A stretch of DNA of 64,000 nt from Octopus sinensis. Lineage: Eukaryota. Below the pieces are notes generated by a model, which saw only the letters and a program-made list of their open reading frames with translations, had not been told where the DNA came from and ran no database searches. Both the position numbers and the translations under genes were made by a program. This document shows, piece after piece, positions 1 to 14,325 of this stretch. Position 1 is the first letter of the stretch, and each line of letters opens with the position of its first letter. The stretch covers positions 62,001 through 126,000 of the forward strand of contig NW_021833258.1 of the NCBI RefSeq assembly GCF_006345805.1. The letters run 5' to 3'.

Positions 1-1942
1 AACAAAAAGTCCAAATCATATAAATTTAATGCCAAATGGGAAAAAGACTATATTTTTACGATGCACATGGAAAAATGCACATGTATGCTATGCAATAAAA
101 TCATTTCATTACCAAAAAGGGGAAATCTTTGTCGACATTTTAATTCTTTACATCCCGAGTTCAACAAACACTTTCCTTTAAATTCCTTATTACGGGAAGA
201 GAAAGTTGAACAATTAAAAAAATCTTTTTTTTCACAACATACAATTTTGAAAAAGTTTATTAATTCGTCCAGATCTGCAACAATTGCATCATTGCGAGTG
301 ACTCGTCTCCTCGTAAAACACAAAAAACCTTTCACTGATGGGAAATTTTAAAATCTTGTTTTTTGGAAGCTGCCGATTCACTATTTGATGGTATGAAAAA
401 TAAACAGGAAATTTCAAATTGCATCAAAGAGCTTCCTTCACCTCTCAAAACAGTCAATTGTCAGAAGGGCTGAAAGCATTTCTGAAAATCTTCTTTCGCA
501 GTTAAAAAAGGATCTTTACGCATGTTCGTGTTTTTTTCTACAGTTTGACGAATCAAACGATGCTATTGATATCGCCCAACTATGTGTATTTTCCCGTTTA
601 ATCTTCCATGATCTAACTGTCAAGGAAGAGTTATTTGCTATTATACCTATGAAAGAAAGAACAACTGGTGAAAATATTTATAATTCTTTCAAAACGTTTT
701 TGTTATCATTCGAATTATTACCGTTAATGAAGAAACTTGTATCCATAACAACAGATGGAGCCCCTGCAATGATTGGGAATCAAAATGGATTTATTGCATT
801 TTGTCGGAAAGATGAACATTTTCCGAAATTTTTATCATATCATTGCATCATTCACCAACATGCATTATGTGGGAAAATGTTAAATTTCAACTATGTTATG
901 GAGACAATAGTTAAAATTATTAATTCCATCCGAGCCAAGCCCCTACAAAGAAGATTATTTCGACTTTTTCTAGAACAAGTCGATGCAATCTATGGCGATC
1001 TACCTTTACATTGTGACATAAGATGGTTAAGCAAGGGATTAATTCTCAGTCGTTTCAGAGAATTATTATCATACATTAAAGAATTTTCTAAAGAAAACAA
1101 CAAGAATTGGCATTTTCTTGAAAATCCTGTTTGGCTAATAAACTTGGCATTTTTAACCGATATTACCAGCAAACTGAATGAACTCAATTTAGAATTACAG
1201 GGAAAGAATAGATATATTATCGATATGATCAGTTCAATAAATGCTTTCATAATGAAGTTGGAATTATGGATATCTCAAATCAGAAAAGAAAATTTTACCC
1301 ATTTTCCTAACATTGAAGATGAATTCACAAAACAACTTGTGAATAAAAATCATTATGTCAATGAATTGCTATGGTACTAGAAAAAATAATGAACGAGTTA
1401 AATAACAGATTTAGCGATTTCAAGAAAATTACTATATTATGCAGTTTCTTTGTTTCTCCGTTCATGGATGTAGACATCGAAAATATTTCAGAAGAATTTA
1501 GCAAGATTTTTGACGTTGATCGAAGAAAAAGTCAAATAGAAATTATAAATCTAAAAAATGACATCACTTTAAATTACATTCAAATGTCAACATGTGGAAA
1601 TTTATGTCTCAGGAAAATATCCAATTTTGATTGATTCGTATCAACGAATTCTTTCATGCTTTGGAAGCACATATTTATCCGAAACATCATTTTCAAGTAT
1701 GAAAATGATAAAATCTCAATACAGGACACGTTTAGCGGATGACCATCTTGGGGATTGCATGAGAATAGCAATAAGCTTATACGAGCCAGAATTTGAAATA
1801 ATCGCAAGTGAATTACAATGCCAAAAATCGCATTAATTTTTAATTGTAAAATAAAATTTTTGATATTAAAATATATAAGTCGATCTCCAAAAAATCGCAA
1901 AATGAAAAGTAGCTCGCCGGTGAAAAAGGTTGGCCACCCCTG
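1..1942 (+). mobile_element. hAT transposon (Buster/Charlie, GTF2IRD2/EPM2AIP1-like transposase), frameshifted; 5' end lies outside the window
   Basis: ORFs 61-351 (C2H2 BED-like CMLC...RHF..LH), 649-1380 (ITTDGAPAMIG, HCIIHQHALC, RWLSKG) and 1594-1836 (FGSTYLSETSFSSMKMIKS). Right TIR ...aaaaggttggccacccctg ends at 1942 and is followed by ttataagg, the Buster-type nnnTAnnn target. Confidence 0.93.
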
Positions 1943-1979
1943 TTATAAGGGGAAAAGATTTTGACAATTTATCTGTACT

Positions 1980-2043
1980 TTGCCAATTTGAAGTTGGTGT
2001 GCACACACAGACAGACACACACCATACCATTTTATTATTAAGA
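1980..2043 (-). mobile_element. Helitron 5'-end fragment, same family as 35963-39284
   Basis: tgccaatttgaagttggtgtgcacacacagacagacacacaccataccattttattattaaga is near-identical to 39213-39284; the minus strand starts TCTTAATAATAAAA. Confidence 0.75.
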
Positions 2044-2559
2044 CTATTTGATCGGGTTACATCAAATTACCCAAAAATTGTTCTCCTTCATATAGGATTG
2101 ACGAGTGACGCCGTCATAGTGATACACCACTGCGGAAGTGCAAGAATATGATAATCATTATGATAAGTACGAAAGCGACGACGATTTTTGTAATTAGTAT
2201 CTAAAAGTAGACCAAATTCACATCAAGCGTTTTTTCATCTGTTGCTTATGACATGCGTAGTCGATCATTTGACACATCATACACTCCTTCATAAACTATT
2301 TCCGGAATGTTTTGTTCTTCAATTGAGACCATTGCACTATCCACTGATTTTCAATCAAGTTCGACTTGGACTGACGATCCTTTTCAATAGGTCAAATGCA
2401 TTTGCCGAGAGGGTATGCACACTGTGCGAGAAATGGAAGGGAAGTAGTCAAATCATATATTTTTGATTGGGAAGCCAAGATCTAATTGATGAGTCGATAC
2501 AAGTGCATCCATATTCAGACATTATAATTCCAACTTAATACCAATTGTGTACCAAGATT

Positions 2560-3270
2560 CCATATTTCCGGCGTCTTTGGCTCCGGGACCCTCACTTCCC
2601 TAAAGAAATTGGGACATCTTTGTTCTTCGCGGTCCAAGGACCCTAGGGAATTTACTTTCCTCATTCAGAGGATCCTGCTGGCTGTCATGCGTGGCAACAG
2701 CTGTTCCCTCCGTCTCGCTGGGAGAATTTATTAGTTTGTTGACTTTACTTAGATTCCATATAAATTGGTTAAAAAAGATATTCTGGTTGCTTTAGATGCA
2801 AGGATTTCAAATTATGTATTGACTTGTCCTCCAAAGGATATAAATGAAATCAGGGATATTATTTATACAGGACAATGTGCATACGAAAATTTGGTTCTTG
2901 AAAATAAAATAAGAAGCTCTTGGAGGGAAAATATTGAGAAAAGAATTACTAAATTCTGGCTAGAAATATCTGCTGACCTCAATTCTTTCCCCCTCAGCAG
3001 CAGTTGTGGTATTGATGGCATGAAGCCCATCCATCTCAAGGACCTTCTTTCTCCGGTAACTGCTGAGACGGGAAGACGCCTAATGTTGGCATGTGCATAT
3101 GTACAAGAATTATCCCTGGTGGGATCTCTCCTTTCGCAAGGGATTTACTTTTCTCCGCAACTGGTTGTCAAAACTCATTCAATTCTATTCAACAAGATCA
3201 TATATTAAAATTTGTCCGTAATCGTTTTCCTTCATTATATCCCATCGTACATCTATCATATGCGAGAGAT
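2560..3270 (+). mobile_element. Mosaic of non-LTR fragments, mainly CRE-like (restriction-like endonuclease C-terminus and RT N-terminus)
   Basis: 2580-2730 translates as ...KKLGHLCSSRSKDPREFTFLIQRILLAVMRGNSCS, paralogous to 55781-56361. 2990-3060 gives SSCGIDGMKPIHLKDLL, the pre-RT motif. Confidence 0.6.
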
Positions 3271-3889
3271 TTTACTGTATGTGGAGAAATCAAAAAATAA
3301 TTGTATTTGAAAAAAATAGAGAAATGATATCTCTGTGTTTAAAATTAGGGACAGGCTTGCCAGAAAAGCTAGAACCAACGCCATTAACGAAACTCGTTAG
3401 CGTTCTTTTAATGAATATTAAAAATAGAAAAATAAACTATAAAATACTAAAAATGATCAATATAGTGTAGAATAAAATAAATTTAATCGAAAAAAATTCA
3501 TATGAATAGAGATTAATCAATTGATAAAATAGATACAAATTTTCTTGCAAAATAAATCTTATTCAGGATATTTTACAAATGGCCAATTTAATTAATCTTC
3601 AAACATATAAAAACGGTAATATTATAAAACAAAATATTGATAGGATGAAATAATAAAATAAGAATTAACAACAGAAATGCACACCACAAAAAAAAGAATA
3701 TAACGTGCTTAACACGTTAATAATTTTTTTGTATTTAATTCTATAAATTAAGAAAATTAAAAAAATAAATAAAATTTAATATCTTAAGTCTGTTTAAACG
3801 TAGTTTCAGCCGTTTCACATTAGTGAGTACCTCCGCTGTACAAACATACTAATAATGGGCACACGTTCATTTATTCAGATCGATATATT

Positions 3890-5400
3890 ATGGATATCGA
3901 TATCTGGGAGTCCTGGAAGACAAAGGAAGCAATGTATTGAAGCATGAAGTTATGAAAAAAATTGCACAAAATGTAAAGAAGAGAATTGAAAGCTTAGTGA
4001 ACACAAAGCTAAATGCAGAATATATTCAAGGCAATTAATGAATATTCCCTATCACTTTACAATTACTATATTAGACTAATTGACATTGAGCCACACGAGT
4101 TTCAAGCCATTGATACCAAAGTTCGAAGAATTCTATCTAATTTACATGTTCATCTGAAACCTGCAAATAAGGAAAGATTATATATAAGCAGATCTAACTT
4201 GGAAGAGGACTTAATTCAATTGTCCATAAAAGTGAATGCATGTTATACCAATTTTTGACTGATCTTGAAAGAAAGTCTACAATGTGTCTCAGAAAGTCTG
4301 GAATCTTGCGGGTCTTGAAAATAAATAAAACACATATGGCCACCATCGCAAGATTTCTTACCTTCAAATACAATATTGAAGATCCTTCAGAATTGAATAT
4401 AAACATAATCAAGGAGAATCAACAAAAGAATCTAATGAAGATTATTAAATCGAAGATGTTGCATTCCGTACTTTTCAAATGTTGTGAGGATCAGTATGTT
4501 GACATCAATATGTCTACGGAATGGCTAGTGAATAAAAACAACAGTCCGAGATCAGAAGCAATGTATTGTATTATTCAGGATCGTAATATATTTTTCAACG
4601 ATAACGGGGGAATGTGCAATCATTGTAATCAAGCTAAAAAATATGTTGATCACATGTCTACAAGATGTAGCAGAATGCTAAACAGTGATTATACCAGAAG
4701 ACATAATGAAGTTATAAGATGCATCCATTTGCATCTCTGCCACCAATATGGAATCAGGAAAACAAAAGGTTAAAGTCACACACAGTCCAGTCGGTTAGCT
4801 TAAATCATAAAGTGGAGATAAGAGTGGAAACCACCTTGCAGACAGATGTTCATGTAAAAAACAATAGACGAGATATCTTTCTCCTTGATAAAACGAAATC
4901 ACTCTAATTGAAGTTGGAATTACTTCCCACGCCATGTTAAAGCAAGTGGAAGTAGAAAAACTACATAAATATGATCTTCTTGCTGGAGAATTATCTCAAA
5001 TCCACGGTGCGAAGGCAACGATAATCCCCATTGTCGTCACATGGGACGGGATAGTTTCTAAATTCTATAAGTCTTATATGGAAAGACTAAAGTTGGATGC
5101 TTCCACTAAATCGTAAATACAATCGCTGACGATTAAAAAGACATTGGAGAGCATGTTTGTTGAACATAAACATGGAGTGGAAATTGAAAAGCATGAGGAA
5201 CAAGTTTCGAGGGCCACCAACCACCTCCTAAAATTGGCTAGAGAAACACCAGATTTGCCGGAAGATGTGTCTCATGTGTCATATGAAGTGTTAGAGGAAG
5301 GGAATACGCAGATCCACTGCAACGGTTCAAAAAGGAGGAGAATTGTACAGATTAGTTAGTTATTAGTAACTAAAAATCCTATTTTCATTGGAAAATTTTC
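3890..5400 (+). mobile_element. R4/Dong-like non-LTR retrotransposon 3' half (RT thumb, CCHC finger, restriction-like endonuclease), frameshifted
   Basis: YLGVLED at ~3900; IFKAINEY...RLYISRSNL; CNHC..K.VDHMSTRC..YTRRHNEV; N.(P)DI; EVEKLHKYDLLA; IIPIVVTWDG. Confidence 0.85.
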
Positions 5401-5499
5401 GAAAACGTTTAGAATTTAACATCACAACAACATATAAAAAAACGGGACAATTTTGTATTTATAAAATTTAAAAATATTAAATTAAAAAATAAAATATTT

Positions 5500-5551
5500 A
5501 TAAACGTAGGCCCCTCAATTAAATCTTAGGGGCCGCACTTGAGAATCACTG
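5500..5551. mobile_element. Isolated Buster-type hAT terminus
   Basis: gggccgcacttgagaatcactg followed by gtctacta (nnnTAnnn). Confidence 0.5.
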
Positions 5552-6074
5552 GTCTACTATGGCAATAATACTCCAATATTAGCAAGGCCATGACTTGTAC
5601 AATTTTTAAAATTCGATGCATTTTACACTGAATCGAAAAAATCGAGCATTCAAGTCTATCCAATAATACTTGAAAGACGTGAGATAAACATGCATTTTTA
5701 TTTCTATTAAGTGAATGCAAAATATGAACTCAGTAATTGATGTTCCCAGAGCTTCAAGACATACTCTTCTATTTAGAAAACTGAATATTTTGGTGAAATT
5801 GATTGCATTGGAAAAAACAAAAATGTCCTTCCGTTAGAACTGGGTGAATAATTTCAATATTTGTCGAATCATAAAATTGTCTTTTTTACTGCTGGGCAGC
5901 GATGTAAAAAATCTTAAATATTTCAATAAACTAGGAACATCATAAAAAACCAATCCACCCTTGTTCCAGTTAATAACCACATTTTGTAGCTGTTGACAGA
6001 AAAAGCTCTCCAATCAAGTTCATAATTTGGCTGTGATTTTTAGCTTGACTTATTTCATCCATATTCGACTAGAG

Positions 6075-7200
6075 CAGGGGTGCGCAAGCTTTTTGGGTTT
6101 GCGGCCGCATAGCATGTTTTTTTCCTTTTCTTCCACGGCCGCACATTTTCTGCATTATTTTTTTGATATTAATATAGTAATTTTTTTTAATTATTAAAAG
6201 TGCCCGCATAAGTTGCTTATTGTCATCGAGACCGAATGAGTTCTTGGACAGGAAATGCTTTCGTTCATCAGGGACATCATATTATTAAAATAAATAATTA
6301 TTTCATGGACAAAAGATAAGAAAGAAGGAAAATTAATTAAAAGAAATGTATTATACAAGTTATTCTAATGACGGCCAGGATCTTTGGTATTTTTTGCGAG
6401 CTTATTGAAATGCACTGGTAGGGTAGATATCATTATGCGCAAACATGACTCTAAGTTTGCATCCGTTATCCGAGATCTATATTGACTTTTTAAATATTTC
6501 ATTTTGGAAAATGTAGACTCACATAAATATGTGCATCCGAATAAAACGAGAATAATTTCTTGCCATTTCACGTAAATTTGGATAATCTGTCGCTGATTAA
6601 ATCATTGCAAAATTAAATCATTTTTTAATTTCAATAATTCAATTTGAAATTCCAATGGCGCATTCTCAATCGAAACAGTATGTGGTGCTGCAGTTAATTG
6701 AAGTTTGAGTTCAATTTTTTAATTCGTTAAATCGCTCTTCAAATTGTTTCAAAATATAATCGAATATAGTATTAAATGTATTTGGTGTAAGATCGTCATA
6801 ATTAATTATTTTGTCATCAATGAGATTTTTGACTTTTTGAAAATAAAATAATTCATTTTTTTCTATGTGAATCTTCAGTAGGCGGCATGTATCCATAAAA
6901 TCGTTAATTTTTTTTATACATTCGACAAATTGTTTGGTCCTTACCTTGCAAAGATATATTCAAATTATTGATATATGGACTTGACAACTAGGTGGTCTAA
7001 ATGTCTTTGAAAATGTTGTTTAGCATTGTCCCGTTTTATAGTTTTCACAATCTCATGGCACAATAAGCATTGCATGCTATTGTGTCTGTTCGACTACGAA
7101 GTATTCACTTTCCCAGTTGATATTAAATTTTCTTTTTTCGTCATTCAAAGCACGTCGTCTTTTAACAGGTAATGACATAAATAAATTAAGCCGTTTATGA
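6075..7200 (-). mobile_element. Decayed Buster-type hAT transposon
   Basis: TIR caggggtgcgcaa at 6075 is preceded by gactagag (nnnTAnnn). Minus ORFs 6365-6571 (FGCTYLCESTFSKMKYLKS) and 6711-6896 (LKQFEERFNEL). Confidence 0.8.
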
Positions 7201-7259
7201 TAATTACTTAATAAAGGTTAACCATTATTGAAGCTAAGGTCAAAAAAAAGAATAATACC

Positions 7260-8220
7260 GGCAAACCGTCATTTGGTGGACTCTAAATATTTTAGAATGG
7301 TCATGTTGAGAATAAGAGTTGGAATACTAGCAAAAGCTAAAATCTGAATGACTTTGACAAGAGCATCGTTCACATTAAATTCGGAAATATTTTGGAAACA
7401 AAATAACACTAGGAGTAGAACATTGACATGAACACATTTTAATATGCATTTGATCAGCTTTGTGTCTTTTTTTAGTTCAGTTTTAAGATTCGTTTCGTCA
7501 CTATAAAGAATTTCAAACAAAATCATTCCATGACATTTTATTTTCCAAATATTTTTCTAAAACAACAAATTATGATATATTTCATCCAATAGAACATCGC
7601 CCGTTTTCAAGTAAGAAATCACATCAGAAAATCCGCCATTTGAAATAAAGAACAAGTGATTGGACGATTCTAAATATTTAAGAGCAACAAACCTTTTAAA
7701 TATATTAACATTGATTAATATCTGCGGTTCTCATTTCAATATCTAGTTTTTCATTAATGAATATTTTATATAATTCAGCAATGTCAGCATCCTAGATAAA
7801 AAATATTTTCACATAGATAACTACGTAGAGTAGTACAGATGTTTTATTTTGGGCGTTCTTACAACATTGTCTTGTAATATTTTGTCCATGTCTTCCATCT
7901 CGATGGTTTCCTGATGTTTCCCTCACTTGACAACAAGAAATGACGTTTTGTGTGGTCTGTGTCTAGTTCTAACAGAATAGCAAAAAATTTAAACTTTGCA
8001 TAAATCGAGAAGCTATACCTTATGAATGCCAAAAAACGGTCATTTGCATACGAAACTTTGTCAGCAGAGTACAGGTGGTCAAAAATATTCTCAAGCAAGT
8101 CGGTTTCTGGTTCTGAGATAAGTCTAAGAGTGGAAATAGCAAACGAACTTGAATTATTGGTATCAACTTATAAAAAGAAGGTGCAATTTCTAATTGAACT
8201 GGCGGTGAAATGACCAAATC
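7260..8220 (-). pseudogene. Possible fragment of an unidentified host protein-coding gene
   Basis: A chain of overlapping minus-strand ORFs (7269-7526, 7859-8098, 8020-8217) with protein-like composition and no transposon motif that I recognise. Confidence 0.25.
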
Positions 8221-8501
8221 TGAATGTGTTTAATGTAATGTGTTTAATGCAGATTCGACTATTTCAATTTTGTCGGATTCGAGTGCATTAAAATAGATTT
8301 CTCTAAGAAAATCAAAATCTGCCAAAAATCGAATATTTTTGGATTGTAGAACATTTCCAAATTCTGGGCTGAGGGGACTCTAAAATATTTCATAAAGCGT
8401 ATTACCTTAGCTAAGCAGATTTGAATCCCCATACGGAGAACCAGCTGAAATTATTCAAATTTTGTCATACAATCGACTAGTGGTTTATTTTATATTATAT
8501 A

Positions 8502-9085
8502 CAGTGGAACTTGTCTAAACCGGCCCCTGAATATACCGGATCTTTCCGTATACCGGCCGTTTTCTCCGGTCCCAATTTTTACAGTATTTTTTAATATAAA
8601 TTTCACCTCTTTATTCCAGATCCTCTATATTCTGAAAACCGGCCGTAATGTCAAGTCCCAACGGTTTTTTTTTCACACTGTGCAAACCGGACAAAGAGGT
8701 ATTAAAAATAACTGTTATTTTTAAAAATTAAAAAATAATAATTTTAAAGGTTAATAAGTTTCATATTTGACTTAATATCAATGAAACGTGCTCGTTGTGA
8801 ACTCGACCTAAACCACAAAGTTCAACTCATAAAAGATTATCAATCCACACCCAAGTTAACACAGAAAGATCTAAGCCAAAAATATGGTATTGGAACCAGC
8901 AATGTATCGGATATTCTGAAAAACTCTACTAAATATCTGGACATATACGATGACAATGGAAACAGCAAGAAAAAGCGTTTTGAAAATAAATGCAAGTTAA
9001 TGCAAAACCTTTATAAGCCGGATCTCTCTATAAACCGGCCGATTTTCATGGTCCCGTCGGAGTCCGGTTTAGACAAGTTCCACTA
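8502..9085 (+). mobile_element. pogo/Tigger internal-deletion derivative
   Basis: TA followed by TIR cagtggaacttgtctaaaccgg (8502); inverted copy ccggtttagacaagttccact (9064-9084). ORF 8781 encodes the N-terminal HTH (MKRARCELDLNHKVQLIKDY...LSQKYGIGTSNVSDILK). Confidence 0.88.
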
Positions 9086-9089
9086 CTAT

Positions 9090-9650
9090 TATTATTATTT
9101 AAGCCAAAAACAGAATCACCGTCTTAACCATTAACTAACGTGTTCAGGTGATTCCGACACTTCTCAACAGTCGAGTCATCTTTTCACGATGTTCAGACCG
9201 TGACCCCACACACTTTCTGTATGCACGGTTAAATGCTTGTGGTCCATCTCCACGATCCCTCCCACTTGCCTCTACAAGAGACTCCAGTGTTCGATGGACA
9301 ATTTTCCTGTCGGTATGGTCCTTCAGTAGGTTTATGGATTTTTCTTGGATTTTCTCGATTTTTAGTTGGTTCGTTGCCGCCAGGTTACAGCCCCAAGCAG
9401 CACATGCATAGCCTATTGTTGGCTCGATATACTGCTTGTAAAGGGTCTCTACCCCTGGCGGACAAGTTCTCCCACAGTTCCAAAGAAAGGCTTTCACAAA
9501 ATTGATTTTCTTTATACAAGTTGACACGATCGATTCAACATGAGGTAAAAAACAGAGGAAAGTATCAAACGTTACACCCAATATCTTCTGTGTTTTCTTT
9601 TGTGGTATTGGGACTCCATTCAGCGTGACTTCAATAGTTTCAGATTAAGA
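9090..9650 (-). mobile_element. 5'-truncated jockey/CR1-like LINE 3' end
   Basis: ORF 9144-9581 (LGVTFD..L.F..HV; LYKQYIEPTIGYACAAW) and a (TAA)n-like tail near 9090; paralogous to 17540-18335. Confidence 0.8.
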
Positions 9651-10459
9651 CACGTTCGGGGAAATCTAAAATAATTAATATGAATCCAGTAAAAAATAGA
9701 CGCTTAATTTTAATAGATTTTGTATTGTTAAAACAGTTATTGATTAGAAAACAATTCAATTAATTTTGACAGTCACTGTGACCTAGAACTTTACATTTGT
9801 CACTTAAGACTGCAAAATTTGGAGATCCGACACTTTATGATTAAATATTCCTAACAAATAAACACTATCAGACGAAATATGGCTACTAAATATCTCCCTA
9901 ACCTGCAAGATTAGTGATAACTTGCTACTCCCTGTTGCTCAGAACATGGATGCATCCCGACAGCGTAATCGCAACACTACATATCCCCTGCAAACAAATA
10001 GAAGGAGTTCTAGGCAGCTTCTTTTGTGCATTCAAAGACAAATTCTCTTTAAAAGCGTGGATTGGACAACTGTTTGAAATTAAAATAAATAATTTATTTT
10101 TTAAATTTTTTAATACAATTTTTAGCAAAAAATAAAATCAGACAGAGCTCTTTTAAAATAATTTGGCTCTCATTGATAGACATAATTTGGAATTTAAAAG
10201 AAATGCCAAGTCGTCCAAATAGAAATAAACTTGTTTGCAGATATGGTAGTTTTTTGTCAAAAATATTCCCAGGCTGACAATGAACTTCCAAACCTACACA
10301 AATTAAATTATTTGGACAAAAATGACTACGGAACATTTTTTCTCAGAAAATAAAAGCGATTTTGTAGAAAACCATTATCTTTTGATTGGAGAAATGAAAA
10401 TCTAGTCACAAATGTTAAAAATCAGCTTGGTTGTAGATCATGTTATATATTCAGCGCGG

Positions 10460-10670
10460 TTTATAAATAAATTCGTCGCAGTTGAAGATATTTTTAATAG
10501 AATATGCTTTCAGATAAGTATCATAAATGTTAAAAAAGTTTTCCAACTTCGGTGCGTCGCATTACTTTTTTTCACCAGAAATTGTTTTAAAAAAGTTAAT
10601 GGCATTTCATAAAACGATCAAGCCACTCATTGGAAGCTTTAAAATCGGGTAAATTTACATTTTAGACTAT
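10460..10670 (-). mobile_element. Tigger transposase fragment
   Basis: Minus strand reads DFKASNEWLDRFMKCH and YSIKNIFNCDE. Confidence 0.65.
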
Positions 10671-11857
10671 TTTTGACCAGTAGAATGTAATAATGGTCTG
10701 AAGACTACAAAAGAGAGTAGATGTAGACCACGATTCCAACCATTTTTTATATCTGCAACGATGTTATTTGCAGATGTGTAGTACGGATGCCCATGCAGTC
10801 ATCCTCTAATAATGCTTCGAGGCTAACAATTGGCATAGCATTCTGCCATGACTCACTATGTGGCACAACTGCCTGTCCTCAAAGACTCATAGGTAACGAT
10901 TCCCGGAGCAGCCGGTCTTAACTTTTACCACAATGAGTTTTTGTTTTTACTTATCGCTGAATCCTTTTAGCTTCAATTGCTTTGACTTTTTTGAATGTGA
11001 GTTTTTCTTTGTCAAAAAATGGAGGAAAATTTAAAGTTAGAAATAAATCGGCCGATTTGGGTCTTCATGACTTTTGCAACTGAGCATTCTCGCCTCTTGT
11101 AACTGATCGAGCGCCCATTGCAAGAACGTCGAATAGACACAACTTGCCTATAAACAGGTGTCGGAACTGTCATTCCTAAAATTTTAAAATCAAAGGCCGC
11201 AGCATATATCCCGAGTGCTTTTAGGATCTTTACAAGAATATATCTTTACTGGCTGATTAAGAAGACATACAGTGGAAGATCCTCTGATGTGGGGACTGTA
11301 GCCTGAGAGGATTTTGATGACTCTAAAATTTGTCTGTGAATCAATTAGGCATAAATCCAGGGAGAATGAGATGCATGAGTAGTTTGGTGATTTGACGACC
11401 GGACATGTCGACGCATTAGAGTATTTTATAGAGAGAATCTTGACGATTTTAGTTGCTTTACGTTGCTGAGTTGCCGTGGAATTACAAATATGCTCATTAT
11501 AGGCCAAGAAGTTGTCTGTTAATATTTATTTGAGGAATGTTCGGAAATTGTGGAAAATGATTTGAGGTATCTTTAAATTTCTGCCGACTTGGTTAAAAAA
11601 GCGATTTTAAAATTTGCCCGGATTGTATGATTTATTTAAAAATATACACCAAAGTCGTCTAAAAAATATGAATTTTATTTAAAAAATCAATAATAATTCT
11701 TAATCTTTCAATATTTGTTTTTAAATGGAAAAACGTAAAAAGGTGTAAAATGTAATAAAATCGCTATTGATTGGGAAAATTGGTGTTGTGGGTTTTTCAA
11801 AATTTTTTGTGACCTGCGAAGACAGGTGCTACATCTCTCATTTGATATTGCGACATA

Positions 11858-13348
11858 CACCCCTCGACATAAATATTGGTGAATCTTCAACTTACTTCAT
11901 TCATACAAAGAATGATTTAATTTTTTCTTCAGATATATTTTAAAATCTGATAAAATTGATAAAAATTAATTTAATTATTTAAATTTTGAAATTTTGTCTA
12001 AGAAATTTGGAAAAAACAACGACTTTCATTGGCATAAAATTTGGTTATTGTGAGATTAATATGTAGAATAACTCCTTTTGCCGAATAGATCTCCCAACAC
12101 CTTTTTTTCATTGACTCAACTAATTTTTCAAGTGTTTTTGATGGAATAGAATTCCAAATATCTAATAGATTTTCCTTCAGTGCCTGAATGTTCTCATTTT
12201 TTCTTTGCCTAATTTGAACCTTCATATAAGCCCACAAATGCTCTATCGGATTTAAATCCGGAGATGCGAAGGCCATTCTAATTTTTTAATATTTTTTTCG
12301 CGAAAATATTGAATAATCATTTTTGATGTATGGCAGGGAGCGTTGTCTTGTTGAAAAATATAGTCAACAATCCCCATTTTTTGTACAGAAAATGGCAAAT
12401 TATTGGTCAAAATAGATTGATATTTTGCAGAATTAAGCGTTTTGTCTATAATACCAAATTGCCTACCCCATGATAGGAAAAACAACCCCACACACCATGA
12501 CTTTCCCTAATTTTTTATTACATCATAATTTACCTTTTTCAAATTTGACAGTTGGAGTAATATTTTAGGATTTATTTATTTTAAATTTTTCTATACACAC
12601 TTTTTTCTTTTTGGGTCGTTAATAATTAAAAATACATTCATCAGGAAAAATTATTGATCTAAAATAATGGTCTGAAATTTAAGAAATTTTTTGAATCTGG
12701 AAACCATGTGTTTTTTTTTTAGAAGTGGTTTTTTCTTTGCAATTCTTCCGAAAATTCCATTTTTATTTAAATTTCGTATTATGGTTCGAGACGAGACACG
12801 TGTTCCAGAAAACTTTTCTATTTCATTAGAGAGTTCAGAAGCAGTTAAAGATGAATTTTCCTCTGATGTGCGTACCAAATGATTAATTTTCACATTATTC
12901 AAAATTGATAGTCTTCCAGAACCATGTTGGCGGTCATATGATCCAGTTTTATTGTATTTCTTGATAAAATTTACGACTGTTGAAAATGGAACACCGGTTT
13001 CTTTAGAAATTTTAATATATGACATATTTAAGTCGTATAGCGCAATTATTTTCCCTTTCATAAACGAATCGAGAGTATTATATCTAAAAAGATTTTTTTA
13101 TTAAGATCAATCTCTAAATACTAGCATAATTTGACGGTTTAAATTTTATAACCAATTTTTATGTCACTAACCTAATTGCCGACATGCTTTAAATTTCTTG
13201 CAATATTAAAATTTAAATCTATTTTAATTATAAATACAAAATAAATATTATTTTAGAAGATCTAAAAGATCTTAAAGTATGAATTTATTCATTTTTAAAT
13301 GAAAAAAAGCAGGAAAGATTAAATAACCAAATTTTTTGTCGAGAGGTG
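11858..13348 (-). mobile_element. Tc1-family (DD34E) transposon, near full length, frameshifted
   Basis: TA-flanked imperfect TIRs cacccctcgacataaatattggt / accaaattttttgtcgagaggtg. ORFs 12651-13061 (paired-like HTH, GSGR), 12252-12491 (FQQDNAPCHTS) and 11998-12276 (SPDLNPIEHLW). Confidence 0.93.
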
Positions 13349-14325
13349 TATTTAAGACTGTTTAAGAAAGCCTTGTCATGATAACGGAAATGAATAAAAT
13401 CTTTTATAACAATCAGATATTATAAATAGTAATATAAGCTTGAATTTCACTTTTTGATTTCCAAAACTCCAAAAAAAACTTTAAACTTTCGTATTGAGGA
13501 TTCCCTTATAATCAGAATTCAATCCGAAACGATTAACACTGAATCCTTATGAAACATACACTAACAGCTCTTTACTTTAATATGATTTAAACTCTTTTTC
13601 TAATTAAAACAGGTGAAAAAAGAACTAAAAATCAATGGAAAACCGGCGTTTTTAGTTAGACAGGTAAAACATCATTTTTCCCTGTTTTGTCGTAGAAAAC
13701 GTCTGTTCTCCACTTAATTGTAAGGAATAGCCAACAGTTTTTTTCTTCTTTTTCTTTTTAACCCCAATCTCTGAACCTGAAGACCCAGAGGACAGCATTC
13801 ATTCGAAAACAGACACTCAAATCTACAAAAAACTTCAAAAAATGCCTCTAATCGACTAGTCTTTGTATAAACTATAACTAAATGGAGCCATTTGACACGA
13901 ACTACCTGTTAAGTCTGTCTCCCCTAAGAAAATTCTTCTTATTTCACGTCTCCTTGGGGAAGTTGACATGCATGGATGTTCATAGTGTCATTAAACACGG
14001 CGAATAAAGGCTATGTTTGACTGTTTATCACGAAATGTATAGTTGAGTTTCTATAAGGAGTTGTGTTAACCTTGGAATCGAAAGTAACACGATACCAAAA
14101 TACTTTTTATGAAAACTTAACAATCATTGTTACTGGCAACTTATATGACGACTGTAATATGAAAATCATGATTTTTGAAAATAATATTTTCGTCAAATTT
14201 TTTTATATATTTTGTTTTTATCGTCCAGCTGGGTGTTTTAATTTGTTCTTTGGACTGGATGTTTTAAACAAAATAAAGTAGTTGGAATAAAGATGATGAC
14301 ATTCCTCTCAATTTACGAATTACTC

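Noticed and set aside
13850-14090. Possible solo LTR (AATAAA and a ...taaca end)
   Set aside because: No matching 5' TG end, TSD or second copy could be identified.
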